A stretch of 57,110 nucleotides of DNA, taken from Candidatus Adlerbacteria bacterium. Lineage in GTDB: Bacteria; Patescibacteriota; Minisyncoccia; Phycocordibacterales; SBAW01. The translations under genes were made by a program, and so were the position numbers. This document shows, one piece after another, positions 10,580-18,869 of this stretch. The first letter of the stretch is position 1, and each line of letters begins with the position of its first letter. The stretch is taken from positions 490,963 to 548,072 of the forward strand of contig DAIDHJ010000001.1 in NCBI GenBank assembly GCA_027451965.1, given 5' to 3'. Below the pieces are notes generated by a model, which was not told the DNA's origin, made no database searches, and saw only the letters and a list, made by a program, of their open reading frames with translations.

Positions 10580-12763
10580 TTATTTTGCCACCGCTATCGC
10601 CTCCTCAAATTTCACTGAAAGGAGCTTGGAAATACCATCTCCGCTCATCGTAATACCGTAGAGAATCCCTGCTCGGGACATCGTCTCCCGGTTATGGGTG
10701 ATCAGAATCAGTTGGGATTTCTTAGCGAGCGTTTCGATCATATCGCCGTAGCGGCGTGAGTTCGCCTCATCGAGCGCCGCATCCGTCTCATCCAAAATCA
10801 AAAATGGCGGCGGATTCACCTGCGACATCGCGAAGATAAGGGCGATAGAGGTGAGAGCGCGTTCCCCTCCGGAGAGCATATGGAGTCCTTTAATTCGTTT
10901 GTGCGGCAATGATATCGCAATCTCAATTCCCTCCTCTACGTCTTCTTCCTCAGATGATTCTTCTTCCTCATCAGATGCATAGCGACGATTCTTTTTCTCT
11001 TCTACTAAAGAAAGCGTTGCCGTGCCGCCGCCGAACATCAGTTTGAAGAATGCATCAAATTCCACATTGATCTTCTTAATACCTTCCACGAACCGCGTTT
11101 CAAGCGTATTAGTAAGTTCCTGAATCAGTTCCTGGAGTTTTTTCGCGGAAATATCCAAATCAGTAAGTTCACGGGCAAGAAATTGATCTCGTTCGCTCAC
11201 TTCGGTGTGCTCTTTGCGAATCTCTTCCGCATTTCCTGCACCGCTTTCTTCTAAACGAATTTTCAAACGCTCCAGTTTGCGCCGTCGTTCCTGCTGCAGT
11301 GAGCGATCTTCAGCCATGATCTCCGACTCGGAAGCGGAGTGCACTGTTTGATAGTCGCGGACAGCGCCACCAAGAAGCGCTCCTGCTTCACCCAGTTCTC
11401 CTTGAAAGAATTCTTTTTCCCGAGCGAGCATATCGCGACGAGACGAGAGCTGCGCAATCGAGGATTCAAGCTTGCTGCGCTCACTCATCGCCGCAAAGAG
11501 CTCCCGTTCCGCCTGGTGGCTCACATTCTTTTCCGCTTCCATGCGCTCGCGGAGTGCATTGAGTGCGTGCGTCGCCTGCTGTTCCTGCTGCTGCAACTCC
11601 TGCAGTTCTTGTTCAAGCGCTCGTTTACGCTCTTCCAGATCTGCTGACACCGCCTGCTGCGGCGCATGTGCAATCTTAGACAAAAACGTCTTCACAAATG
11701 ACACCAGTGTGCTGAGACGCATACGAACGTCCGCATCACCAAGTGCACCTTCCAGTTCCCGCTCCACATGCGCGGCAAACGCTTCCACTTCTTTGTGCGG
11801 CATGCTTCCCTCGCGCTCCAAATGCGCCCGCGCCTGCACTTCTCCTTCAAGACGGCCGAGGGTGCGCACTAACGTTTCTTTTTGCTGCGCGAGCTGATGT
11901 GTTTCTCGTTCCAAAGCAATGAGCTCACTACTGAACTGGCTCGTCGTTTCCTGCTCTACCTGCTTCTTCAATACTTCAGTGCGTGCAAGGAGTTCCTTGT
12001 GCTTCGATTCCAATGGCACAAGCTCCGCCTGAATGCGCGCTCCTGCAGAAGCAAGGTACACATGTTCGCGGTAGAGGTAGTCGAGATACTTGCCGGTGAG
12101 ATCCTGGCGCAAGGTATCCGCTTCTTCGAGCTTCTTCATCTGCGACTGCAGAAACTTCAAATGGGGTGCTAGTTCCCGGCGCAGCGATTCCACCTCTTTC
12201 ATGTTCTCCGCCGTCTTCTCGAGCTTCCGCGTCGCTTCTTCCCGTTTATAAAAATACGTAGTAAGCCCGAGAGCGTCTTCGATCATCTCGCGGCGCTCGC
12301 GCGAGGACGCAGACAGCACGCGGTCCGCTTCTCCTTGGGAGATGATGTGATGGCCGGATGCGCCGATGTTTGCTTGTGACAACAACTCCGAAATGTCGCG
12401 CAGACGCACCACGGAGCCATTCAATATGTACTCATTCGCGCCATCGCGGTGCACCACACGCTCGATCGCCACTTCATCAAAATCCAAATTAAAGGCCCGG
12501 TCCGTGTTATCAAACACGAGCTTCACACCCGCACGCCCCGCCCGCGGCAGCGCCGAGGTGCCGTTCCAGATCAAATCCTCGCCGCGCTTGCCGCGCATCG
12601 ACTTCATCGACTGCTCTCCCAAAACAAAACGAAACGACTCGGCAATGTTGCTTTTGCCGGAGCCGTTTGGCCCCACGATCGCCGTGATCGCAGTGCTGAA
12701 TTCAAGTGCAGTTTTGCGGGCGAATGATTTAAAGCCGCTGAGTTCTATGCTCTTGAGCCGCAT
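10580..12763 (-). CDS. smc: SMC-family chromosome-segregation ATPase, unusually short (727 aa) with no recognisable hinge
   Basis: The N-terminus MRLKSIELSGFKSFARKTALEFSTAITAIVGPNGSGKSNIAESFRFVLGEQS carries the Walker A motif. The C-terminus carries LSGGERALTSIALIFA (signature motif) and FLILDETDAALD (Walker B). The middle is heptad-rich and Q/E/L/R-rich. Confidence 0.85.
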   Translation of the reverse strand: MRLKSIELSGFKSFARKTALEFSTAITAIVGPNGSGKSNIAESFRFVLGEQSMKSMRGKRGEDLIWNGTSALPRAGRAGVKLVFDNTDRAFNLDFDEVAIERVVHRDGANEYILNGSVVRLRDISELLSQANIGASGHHIISQGEADRVLSASSRERREMIEDALGLTTYFYKREEATRKLEKTAENMKEVESLRRELAPHLKFLQSQMKKLEEADTLRQDLTGKYLDYLYREHVYLASAGARIQAELVPLESKHKELLARTEVLKKQVEQETTSQFSSELIALERETHQLAQQKETLVRTLGRLEGEVQARAHLEREGSMPHKEVEAFAAHVERELEGALGDADVRMRLSTLVSFVKTFLSKIAHAPQQAVSADLEERKRALEQELQELQQQEQQATHALNALRERMEAEKNVSHQAERELFAAMSERSKLESSIAQLSSRRDMLAREKEFFQGELGEAGALLGGAVRDYQTVHSASESEIMAEDRSLQQERRRKLERLKIRLEESGAGNAEEIRKEHTEVSERDQFLARELTDLDISAKKLQELIQELTNTLETRFVEGIKKINVEFDAFFKLMFGGGTATLSLVEEKKNRRYASDEEEESSEEEDVEEGIEIAISLPHKRIKGLHMLSGGERALTSIALIFAMSQVNPPPFLILDETDAALDEANSRRYGDMIETLAKKSQLILITHNRETMSRAGILYGITMSGDGISKLLSVKFEEAIAVAK

Positions 12764-12772
12764 TATCGTATG

Positions 12773-13483
12773 TTACCATCCCTTCTTTTGCAGCGCCGCC
12801 TTTGCCGCTTCCTGTTCCGCTTCCTGCTTGCTCTTGCCTTCGCCTTCAGCAAGCAATACCTCTTTGCAGTACACGCCGACTGTGAAATGTTTGTCGTGAT
12901 CCGGCCCGGATTCCTGGAGCACCGTGTAGTGCGGCGTTATGCCGTCCTTGTCCTGCACTTTTTCCTGCAATGTTGATTTCGGATCCTGCCACAGACGCTT
13001 GCGCACGATCTCATCAATCTTCGGCAACAGGTAGGTATGAATAAACGCACTGACTGCGTCATATCCCTGATCAAGATAGATGGCGCCGACGAGCGCTTCG
13101 AACGCATTGGCAAGCAGTACGCTGCGGGCCCGGCCGCTGTCTTTAGATTCGCCGCGAGAGAGCAGCAAGTAGTCGTTCATCCCGATTTCGGATGCGACTT
13201 CCGCGCACGTCACTGCGTTGACGAGCGACGCGCGAAATGCCGTGAGCTCCCCTTCGTCGTGCTGCGGGAATTTGTTGTACAAAAAATGCGTAGAGATAAG
13301 TTCAAGGACGGCGTCTCCCAGAAACTCGAGCCGCTCGTTGTGCCCCGACACTTCTCCGCGATGTTCATTGAGATACGAGCGATGCGTAAAAGCCTGTCGC
13401 AGGAGCGCAGGATCGTGAAAGTGTATACCGATGGTGTCCTCAAACGTCTTAAAGTCTTTTGGCATTCTGTTTGTGTGTCCCAT
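12773..13483 (-). CDS. rnc: Ribonuclease III
   Basis: NERLEFLGDAVLEL is the RNase III signature, and a dsRBD-like C-terminus follows (GPDHDKHFTVGV...GKSKQEAEQEAAKAAL). The start is uncertain (13483, 13465 or 13531). I chose 13483, which has GGGAG upstream. Confidence 0.88.
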   Translation of the reverse strand: MGHTNRMPKDFKTFEDTIGIHFHDPALLRQAFTHRSYLNEHRGEVSGHNERLEFLGDAVLELISTHFLYNKFPQHDEGELTAFRASLVNAVTCAEVASEIGMNDYLLLSRGESKDSGRARSVLLANAFEALVGAIYLDQGYDAVSAFIHTYLLPKIDEIVRKRLWQDPKSTLQEKVQDKDGITPHYTVLQESGPDHDKHFTVGVYCKEVLLAEGEGKSKQEAEQEAAKAALQKKGW

Positions 13484-14366
13484 GCTGCAGCACTCCCACC
13501 GCCTTGGTGACGATAGGAAGCATATCTTCATAAAAATTTAGGTCAAGTACTTCGTCGATCGGGAACCATTGCGCAGCATCGAGTCCCCCTTTCTGCGCGA
13601 GCTGAATATCGCTCGAGGTCGCTTCCGCCAGGAAGTAGATGACGTGCTTGCGCTTCTTCCCTGCTGCGGGGTCCGAGGCGACATACTCATTCTCGCCGAG
13701 GCGCTCTTTGGGAATGATCGCAAGGCCGATCTCTTCGGCGATCTTGCGCACTACGCCGTCCTCCGGCGTCTCCTCCGGCAGGAGCTTTCCTTTGGAGAGC
13801 GTCCAGTGGCCGAACACGTCGTGCACGAGCGCCAGCTGCAGGCGCCCTTGGTATTTGCCGTACACGACCGCACCGACCAAGCGCTCAAGCGGCAGTTCCT
13901 CGTACGGAACATCTTTGCGCTTCTTGCTGAATTCTTCCTTACCCGGTTCGCCGAGCTCTTTGTAGACCGCACCTAAGACACCGTTCACAAACCGACCGCT
14001 GTTCTCGCCGCCGAAGTGCTTCGCGAGTTCGATCGCTTCATTGATAGCGACTTTCGCCGGCACCGTATCCCGATCGCCGAAGAGAAGCTCATAGAGCCCG
14101 AGGCGCAGCACATTGCGGTCGACGAGCGCGATACGATCAAGCGGCCACTCGGGAGCAGCCTTTTGAATGACCAGGTCGAGATCGCCGACCCGTTCGATGG
14201 CGCCCCTGAGCGCCGCTTCCATAAAAGAGAGATCGTTTGCCGTGGGGGCGGATTCTCTGACATTGCGCAAAAGGGCATCACGAGCCTGCTGCGGGGTGTA
14301 CCCGCGGAAGTCCCACTCAAAGAGTGTTTGCAATACAATCGATCGTGAAAGATGCCTATTTGCCAT
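13449..14366 (-). CDS. nusB: NusB antitermination factor fused to a C-terminal Nudix hydrolase domain
   Basis: The N-terminal half has NusB motifs (DRNVLRLGLYELLF...AINEAIELAKHFGGENSGRFVNGVLGAV). The C-terminal half has the Nudix box GKLLPEETPEDGVVRKIAEEIGL. The track start at 14381 is GTG; I prefer ATG 14366 (MANRHLSRS). Confidence 0.85.
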   Translation of the reverse strand: MANRHLSRSIVLQTLFEWDFRGYTPQQARDALLRNVRESAPTANDLSFMEAALRGAIERVGDLDLVIQKAAPEWPLDRIALVDRNVLRLGLYELLFGDRDTVPAKVAINEAIELAKHFGGENSGRFVNGVLGAVYKELGEPGKEEFSKKRKDVPYEELPLERLVGAVVYGKYQGRLQLALVHDVFGHWTLSKGKLLPEETPEDGVVRKIAEEIGLAIIPKERLGENEYVASDPAAGKKRKHVIYFLAEATSSDIQLAQKGGLDAAQWFPIDEVLDLNFYEDMLPIVTKAVGVLQHGTHKQNAKRL

Positions 14367-14406
14367 TGTCAAAAAAACCACTCAACGCACCGAAACAGGA
14401 ATTACC

Positions 14407-14628
14407 CTATTTCTTCGCCGTCTTTGTCTTCTCGCGCTTTGCCGCCTTTTGGGCTTTCTGCGCGACATCGATAACGACGCGTCCACGGTAGCGACCGCAC
14501 GCTGGGCATGCCCGATGCGATACGCGCGACGCACCGCACTCACAGGTCGTGAGCGCTGATGCTTTGAGCGCGTGGTGCGAACGGCGGTTGGCCGTATGCG
14601 CCCGGGTATGTCTCATGCGAACTACCAT
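14407..14628 (-). CDS. rpmF: 50S ribosomal protein L32
   Basis: MVVRMRHTRAHTANRRSHHAL aligns with the L32 N-terminal consensus. A CxC...CxxC zinc ribbon is present (CECGASRVSHRACPACG). I take the internal ATG 14628. Confidence 0.85.
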   Translation of the reverse strand: MVVRMRHTRAHTANRRSHHALKASALTTCECGASRVSHRACPACGRYRGRVVIDVAQKAQKAAKREKTKTAKK

Positions 14629-14666
14629 GGGCCTACCATAGCATCCCTTCTGTGAAAAAACAATGG

Positions 14667-15263
14667 TTATGCAAGGAATTTCTTGCAAAAGCTCCGGCGG
14701 TGGATCTCGCAGAGTCCGAACTCATTGAGCGCCTCTTGATGCGCTTTGGTCGCGTACCCCTTATGCACCTCGAATCCGTACTTGGGATACCGGCGCGCGA
14801 GCATATGCATGCGGCGGTCGCGCATGACTTTTGCGGCGATCGAGGCAAGCGAGATGACCGGCTCCTTGAGATCCCCGCCGATGATCGTCTGTTGTGTGTA
14901 ATGCCGTGGCGCATGCAGCAGCCCATCGAGGAGTATGGTGGTCTCTGCCGGATGCGGTTTGAAGCGGCGGATGCCGCTGTGTATCGCCCGTTCGACTGCC
15001 TTGGTGATGCCTACCGTGTCGATGACTTCCGGCGGAGAGAAGACAACGGTGTAGGAGAGCATGCCGCGGGCACTGAAGAGCTCGAGCCGTTCAAACAGTT
15101 CTTCGCGCTTTTCTTCGGAAAGGAGTTTGGAATCGGTGACGCCGGGAAACGCGCGCTTGATCTCGAAGTCCGACGGCAGGTAGACCAATCCCACCGCAAC
15201 CGGCCCCGCCAAGGGACCGCGACCCGCTTCGTCCACGCCGATCACCATCTGCATGGCTTCCAT
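14667..15263 (-). CDS. rnhB: Ribonuclease HII
   Basis: VIGVDEAGRGPLAGPV is the catalytic DEAGRG motif. The track start at 15275 is TTG; I prefer ATG 15263. Confidence 0.88.
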   Translation of the reverse strand: MEAMQMVIGVDEAGRGPLAGPVAVGLVYLPSDFEIKRAFPGVTDSKLLSEEKREELFERLELFSARGMLSYTVVFSPPEVIDTVGITKAVERAIHSGIRRFKPHPAETTILLDGLLHAPRHYTQQTIIGGDLKEPVISLASIAAKVMRDRRMHMLARRYPKYGFEVHKGYATKAHQEALNEFGLCEIHRRSFCKKFLA

Positions 15264-15318
15264 ACTAGCAAGCAAACAGGGTATGTAAAAAGCGAACAGA
15301 TGGGAGGAAGTAGGATAC

Positions 15319-15346
15319 TTGACAATAAATATATTAGTGTTATCAT
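15319..15346 (+). promoter_or_regulatory. Sigma70-type promoter with an extended -10 (TTGACA-16 nt-TGtTATCAT)
   Basis: TTGACA is at 15319-15324, the TG at 15338-15339 and TATCAT at 15341-15346. It lies upstream of the SD-led small ORF at 15386. Confidence 0.5.
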
Positions 15347-15385
15347 AAGCAACAGCAATAGTACCTAGTCAATAAGGAGCGTTCG

Positions 15386-15655
15386 ATGGCACTGTGTCTA
15401 TCCCCTTCCGCCGAAAAGGATTTCCACTACATCAAGGAAGGAACGAGGATCTGGGATCTCACCGGGGACAGTTTCATACCGGCTCCTGAAGGAGCTATGG
15501 TACTCGTCACCAAGACGAAAGACGGAAACGAAACCCTTTGGACCGCTCAGGTTGAAGGCGATGAAGAGTCCTTCTCTACCGACAGCTATAGAGGAAGGGC
15601 CATGCGCAAAGCACTGAACAAGCACTTTTTTTCCACCGAGAGCCTCGTTGCATAA
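15386..15655 (+). CDS. Hypothetical protein, 89 aa
   Basis: The ORF has AAGGAG 6 nt upstream of its ATG, its own promoter and its own terminator. I recognise no family. Confidence 0.6.
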   Translation: MALCLSPSAEKDFHYIKEGTRIWDLTGDSFIPAPEGAMVLVTKTKDGNETLWTAQVEGDEESFSTDSYRGRAMRKALNKHFFSTESLVA

Positions 15656-15669
15656 ACGAGGCTTTTTCT
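15641..15669 (+). terminator. Rho-independent terminator
   Basis: 9-bp stem AGCCTCGTT/AACGAGGCT (15641-15649 / 15655-15663) with loop GCATA, followed by TTTTTCT. It overlaps the TAA stop. Confidence 0.75.
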
Positions 15670-15719
15670 ATGGAGACACCCAAAGAGAGCGGAGACGTGA
15701 AGCTGCAGGCATAGAGCGG

Positions 15720-15725
15720 TATACT
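15720..15725 (+). promoter_or_regulatory. TATACT -10 box 7 nt upstream of the dnaE ATG (putative leaderless promoter)
   Basis: The sequence reads TATACT-ccactgt-ATG(15733). There is no SD. Confidence 0.4.
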
Positions 15726-15732
15726 CCACTGT

Positions 15733-18700
15733 ATGCACTCTCCCGCAGCGCTCCACAACCACTCCCACTACTCCCTCCTGCGGGCCCTCCCTAAAATCCC
15801 CGATCTCGTCCAGCTCGCCAAAGCGCAGGGCTACACCACGCTCGCGCTCACCGATTTTGATAACCTCTACGGCGCCGTCGAGTTCTACAAGGAATGCAAC
15901 GCGCAGGGCATCCGCCCTATCATCGGCGTGGACGCCCATGTGGGAGAAGGAAAACGAGTAGTACTCCTCGCTGAGTCGCTTACAGGGTATAAAAATCTGC
16001 TGGCGCTCGTGAGCGCCGCTCAGCTTGCCGAAAGTCCGGTCACTTTCACGAAAGAGCTCCTCGCGAAACACCGCGAGGGACTCATCGCCATCATGCCGTA
16101 TCTGCACGGAGAGCTCCTGCCGGCCATCCAAACGCAGGACCTCGGGAGAGCGGGGCGCATCATCGATGCCTATCACTCCATCTTTTCCAAAGAACAGCTG
16201 TATATAGAGATCGGCTTCTACGACGATGACGCGCTTACCAACGCCACCATCCAATTCGCGACCCAGCACGAGCTTCCGATGGTGGCCGCGCAAGAAGTGT
16301 ACTACCTCAACCGCGACGATCACCGCGCGTGGCGGACGCTGCGCGCCATAGAAAACCGCGACGCCAATGACGAAGAAGAGAACGATTACGATCTTTCATT
16401 CCGCTCGCCCAGAGAACTCGAACAGCTCTTTCCACAAAAGATCCTCGACTCGACTGAAGCGCTGGCGGCGCGCTGCCAGGCGGAGCTGCCCTTGGGCACC
16501 TGGGTATTTCCCGACTTCCCCATTCCCGAGCAATCCTCCTACGATCAGGAACTGAAACGTCTCATCGATGCAGGCATCACGCGGCGCACCTATCCCATGA
16601 CCAAAGAGATAGAGGAGCGCATCGAATACGAGTACGGCATCATCTGCAAGAAAGGCTACTCGCCGTACTTTCTCGTCGTGTCCGATCTGCTGCGGTTCGC
16701 GCGCGAGCACGGGATCCTCACTACCACGCGCGGCAGCGCCGCAGGATCGCTCATCTCCTATCTCATCGGCATCACCAACGTCGATCCCATCAAGTTCGGA
16801 TTGCCATTCGAGCGCTTCCTCAACCCGGAACGCCCTTCCGCTCCCGATATCGACATGGACTTCGCCGATAACCGACGGGAAGAAGTGATCGAGTACGCGC
16901 ACCAGAAGTACGGGATGGATCACGTCGCCCAGATCGGTACGTTCGGCACCATGCTCGCCCGGGGTGTCGTGCGCGACGTCGCACGCGCGCTCGGCTACCC
17001 GTACGGGCTCGGCGACCGCATCGCCAAAGAAATTCCGCCCGGCTCGCAAGGATTCCCCATGACGCTTGATCGCGCGATGCGCGAGAACCCCAACCTCGCG
17101 AGCATGTATGAAAAAGAGCGAGAAGTGCGCGAGATCATCGACCTCGGGAAAAAGATCGAAGGCTGCGCGCGGCACATTTCCGTCCATGCCGCCGGCATCG
17201 TGATCGCGCCGCAGCCGCTCTCAGCATTCACACCGGTGCAGCGCGATCCCAAGGGCGGAAAGATCATCACTCAGTACGACATGTACTCGATCGAAGACGC
17301 AGGGCTCCTCAAATTCGACTTCCTCGGCATTCGCAACCTCGCCATCCTCGCACACTCCATTGCACTGGTAGAAAAAATACGCGGCGAGAAAGTAGACATT
17401 GAGGCGATTGCCGATGATGACAAGCCGACATTTGAAATGCTTGCGCGCGGAGACACGGAGGGCACCTTCCAGCTCAACGGCGCCGGTCTCACCCGCTACC
17501 TCAAAGATCTCAAACCTTCCTACATCCACGATATCAACGCCATGGTGGCGCTCTTCCGTCCGGGACCCATGGAATCCATTCCTTCATATATTGAACGCAA
17601 GCATAATCCGCAGATCGTGACGTATCTCGATCCGCGCATGAAGGAATACTTGGGCGCCTCCTACGGGCTCCTCGTGTACCAGGACGATGTGCTCCTCACC
17701 GCCATCACGCTTGCCGGTTACTCCTGGCTTGAAGCGGACAAGCTGCGCAAGGCGATGGGTAAAAAAATTCCGGAAGTCATGCAGGCCGAGAAAGAGAAGC
17801 TCATCAAAGGATTCATGGAGTTCGGCAAACTTTCCAAATCGCTCGCCGAAAAGCTTTGGAAGCTCATCGAACCGTTCGCTGCGTACGGTTTCGGCAAAGC
17901 GCACGCCGCCAGCTACGGCAAAGTGGCCTATCAGACCGCGTACATGAAAGCGCACTACCCGGTCGAGTACATGGCGGCCATTCTCACCGCTGAAGCGGGA
18001 AACATTGATACGACAGCGGTCATGGTGGCGGAATGCAAACGCATGGGTATCCCGGTGCTGCCGCCGGATGTGAACCAGAGCTTCGGCGACTTCACGGTAC
18101 TGCTCGAGAACAACACGCCAAACGCGATACGCTTCGGACTCTACTCCATCAAGAACGTCGGTAAGGGCATCGCCGACAGTATTATTGCAGAGCGCAAACA
18201 AGGCGGCCCATTCACGTCCCTTTCCAACTTCCTTTCGCGCATCAAAGATCAGACGCTTAACAAGAAAAGTTTGGAATCGCTGATCGGCTGCGGCGCGCTT
18301 GATTCGCTCGGCGAACGCGGCAGCCTGCTGCGCAATATCGAATTGTTGCTTGAATACCATCGGGAAGCGACGAAAGAGCAACTGCAGGATTCGCTCTTCG
18401 CTTCCGAAACAAAAGAGCTCCAGCTGCCGGATACTGCGCCCGCTACGCTGGAGGAGCGTCTTTTGCTTGAGAAAGAATTGCTCGGCCTCTACGTATCCGG
18501 CCATCCGCTTGAGCGATTCAAGGACAAACTCGCTCGGCGCCCGATGACGCTCAAGCAACTCAAAGAGAAAACACCGCAAGGCGCAACGACGATCGCTGCG
18601 GGCATGATCGAAAACGTACGCACCGTGCTCACCCGCTCAGGAGATTCCATGGCATTCATCAAACTTGCCGATTTTGATGACGCGCTTGAAGCGGTTGTAT

Positions 18701-18825
18701 TCCCCAAACCGTTCTCGCAACATAAAGAGGTGCTGCTTCCAGAAAAACTCATAGCCTGCAAAGGACGGCTCTCTACCAGGAACGGTGAAGTTTCTTTTGT
18801 CGCAGAGGATGTGCGCGTGCTATAG
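15733..18825 (+). CDS. dnaE: DNA polymerase III alpha subunit
   Basis: An N-terminal PHP domain is present (LHNHSHYSLL). The polymerase core motifs include PDIDMDF and FDFLGIRNL, and an OB-fold-like C-terminus follows. The protein is 1030 aa. Confidence 0.93.
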   Translation: MHSPAALHNHSHYSLLRALPKIPDLVQLAKAQGYTTLALTDFDNLYGAVEFYKECNAQGIRPIIGVDAHVGEGKRVVLLAESLTGYKNLLALVSAAQLAESPVTFTKELLAKHREGLIAIMPYLHGELLPAIQTQDLGRAGRIIDAYHSIFSKEQLYIEIGFYDDDALTNATIQFATQHELPMVAAQEVYYLNRDDHRAWRTLRAIENRDANDEEENDYDLSFRSPRELEQLFPQKILDSTEALAARCQAELPLGTWVFPDFPIPEQSSYDQELKRLIDAGITRRTYPMTKEIEERIEYEYGIICKKGYSPYFLVVSDLLRFAREHGILTTTRGSAAGSLISYLIGITNVDPIKFGLPFERFLNPERPSAPDIDMDFADNRREEVIEYAHQKYGMDHVAQIGTFGTMLARGVVRDVARALGYPYGLGDRIAKEIPPGSQGFPMTLDRAMRENPNLASMYEKEREVREIIDLGKKIEGCARHISVHAAGIVIAPQPLSAFTPVQRDPKGGKIITQYDMYSIEDAGLLKFDFLGIRNLAILAHSIALVEKIRGEKVDIEAIADDDKPTFEMLARGDTEGTFQLNGAGLTRYLKDLKPSYIHDINAMVALFRPGPMESIPSYIERKHNPQIVTYLDPRMKEYLGASYGLLVYQDDVLLTAITLAGYSWLEADKLRKAMGKKIPEVMQAEKEKLIKGFMEFGKLSKSLAEKLWKLIEPFAAYGFGKAHAASYGKVAYQTAYMKAHYPVEYMAAILTAEAGNIDTTAVMVAECKRMGIPVLPPDVNQSFGDFTVLLENNTPNAIRFGLYSIKNVGKGIADSIIAERKQGGPFTSLSNFLSRIKDQTLNKKSLESLIGCGALDSLGERGSLLRNIELLLEYHREATKEQLQDSLFASETKELQLPDTAPATLEERLLLEKELLGLYVSGHPLERFKDKLARRPMTLKQLKEKTPQGATTIAAGMIENVRTVLTRSGDSMAFIKLADFDDALEAVVFPKPFSQHKEVLLPEKLIACKGRLSTRNGEVSFVAEDVRVL

Positions 18826-18869
18826 GAATGTGAGTTGCAAAAGGGAAAAAACATGCAAGTATAAGTGAC

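Noticed and set aside
14652-15368. 238-aa plus-strand ORF
   Set aside because: It lies antisense to rnhB, which carries the DEAGRG motif.
15586-18579. Minus-strand ORFs 15586-16323, 16396-17187 and 17584-18579
   Set aside because: All three lie antisense to dnaE. Long shadow ORFs like these are common opposite long genes in moderately GC-rich DNA.
18860-18865. TATAAG box upstream of thrS as another leaderless promoter
   Set aside because: It lies only 4 nt from the ATG, too close for transcription to start at or before the start codon. It is not counted in the leaderless set.
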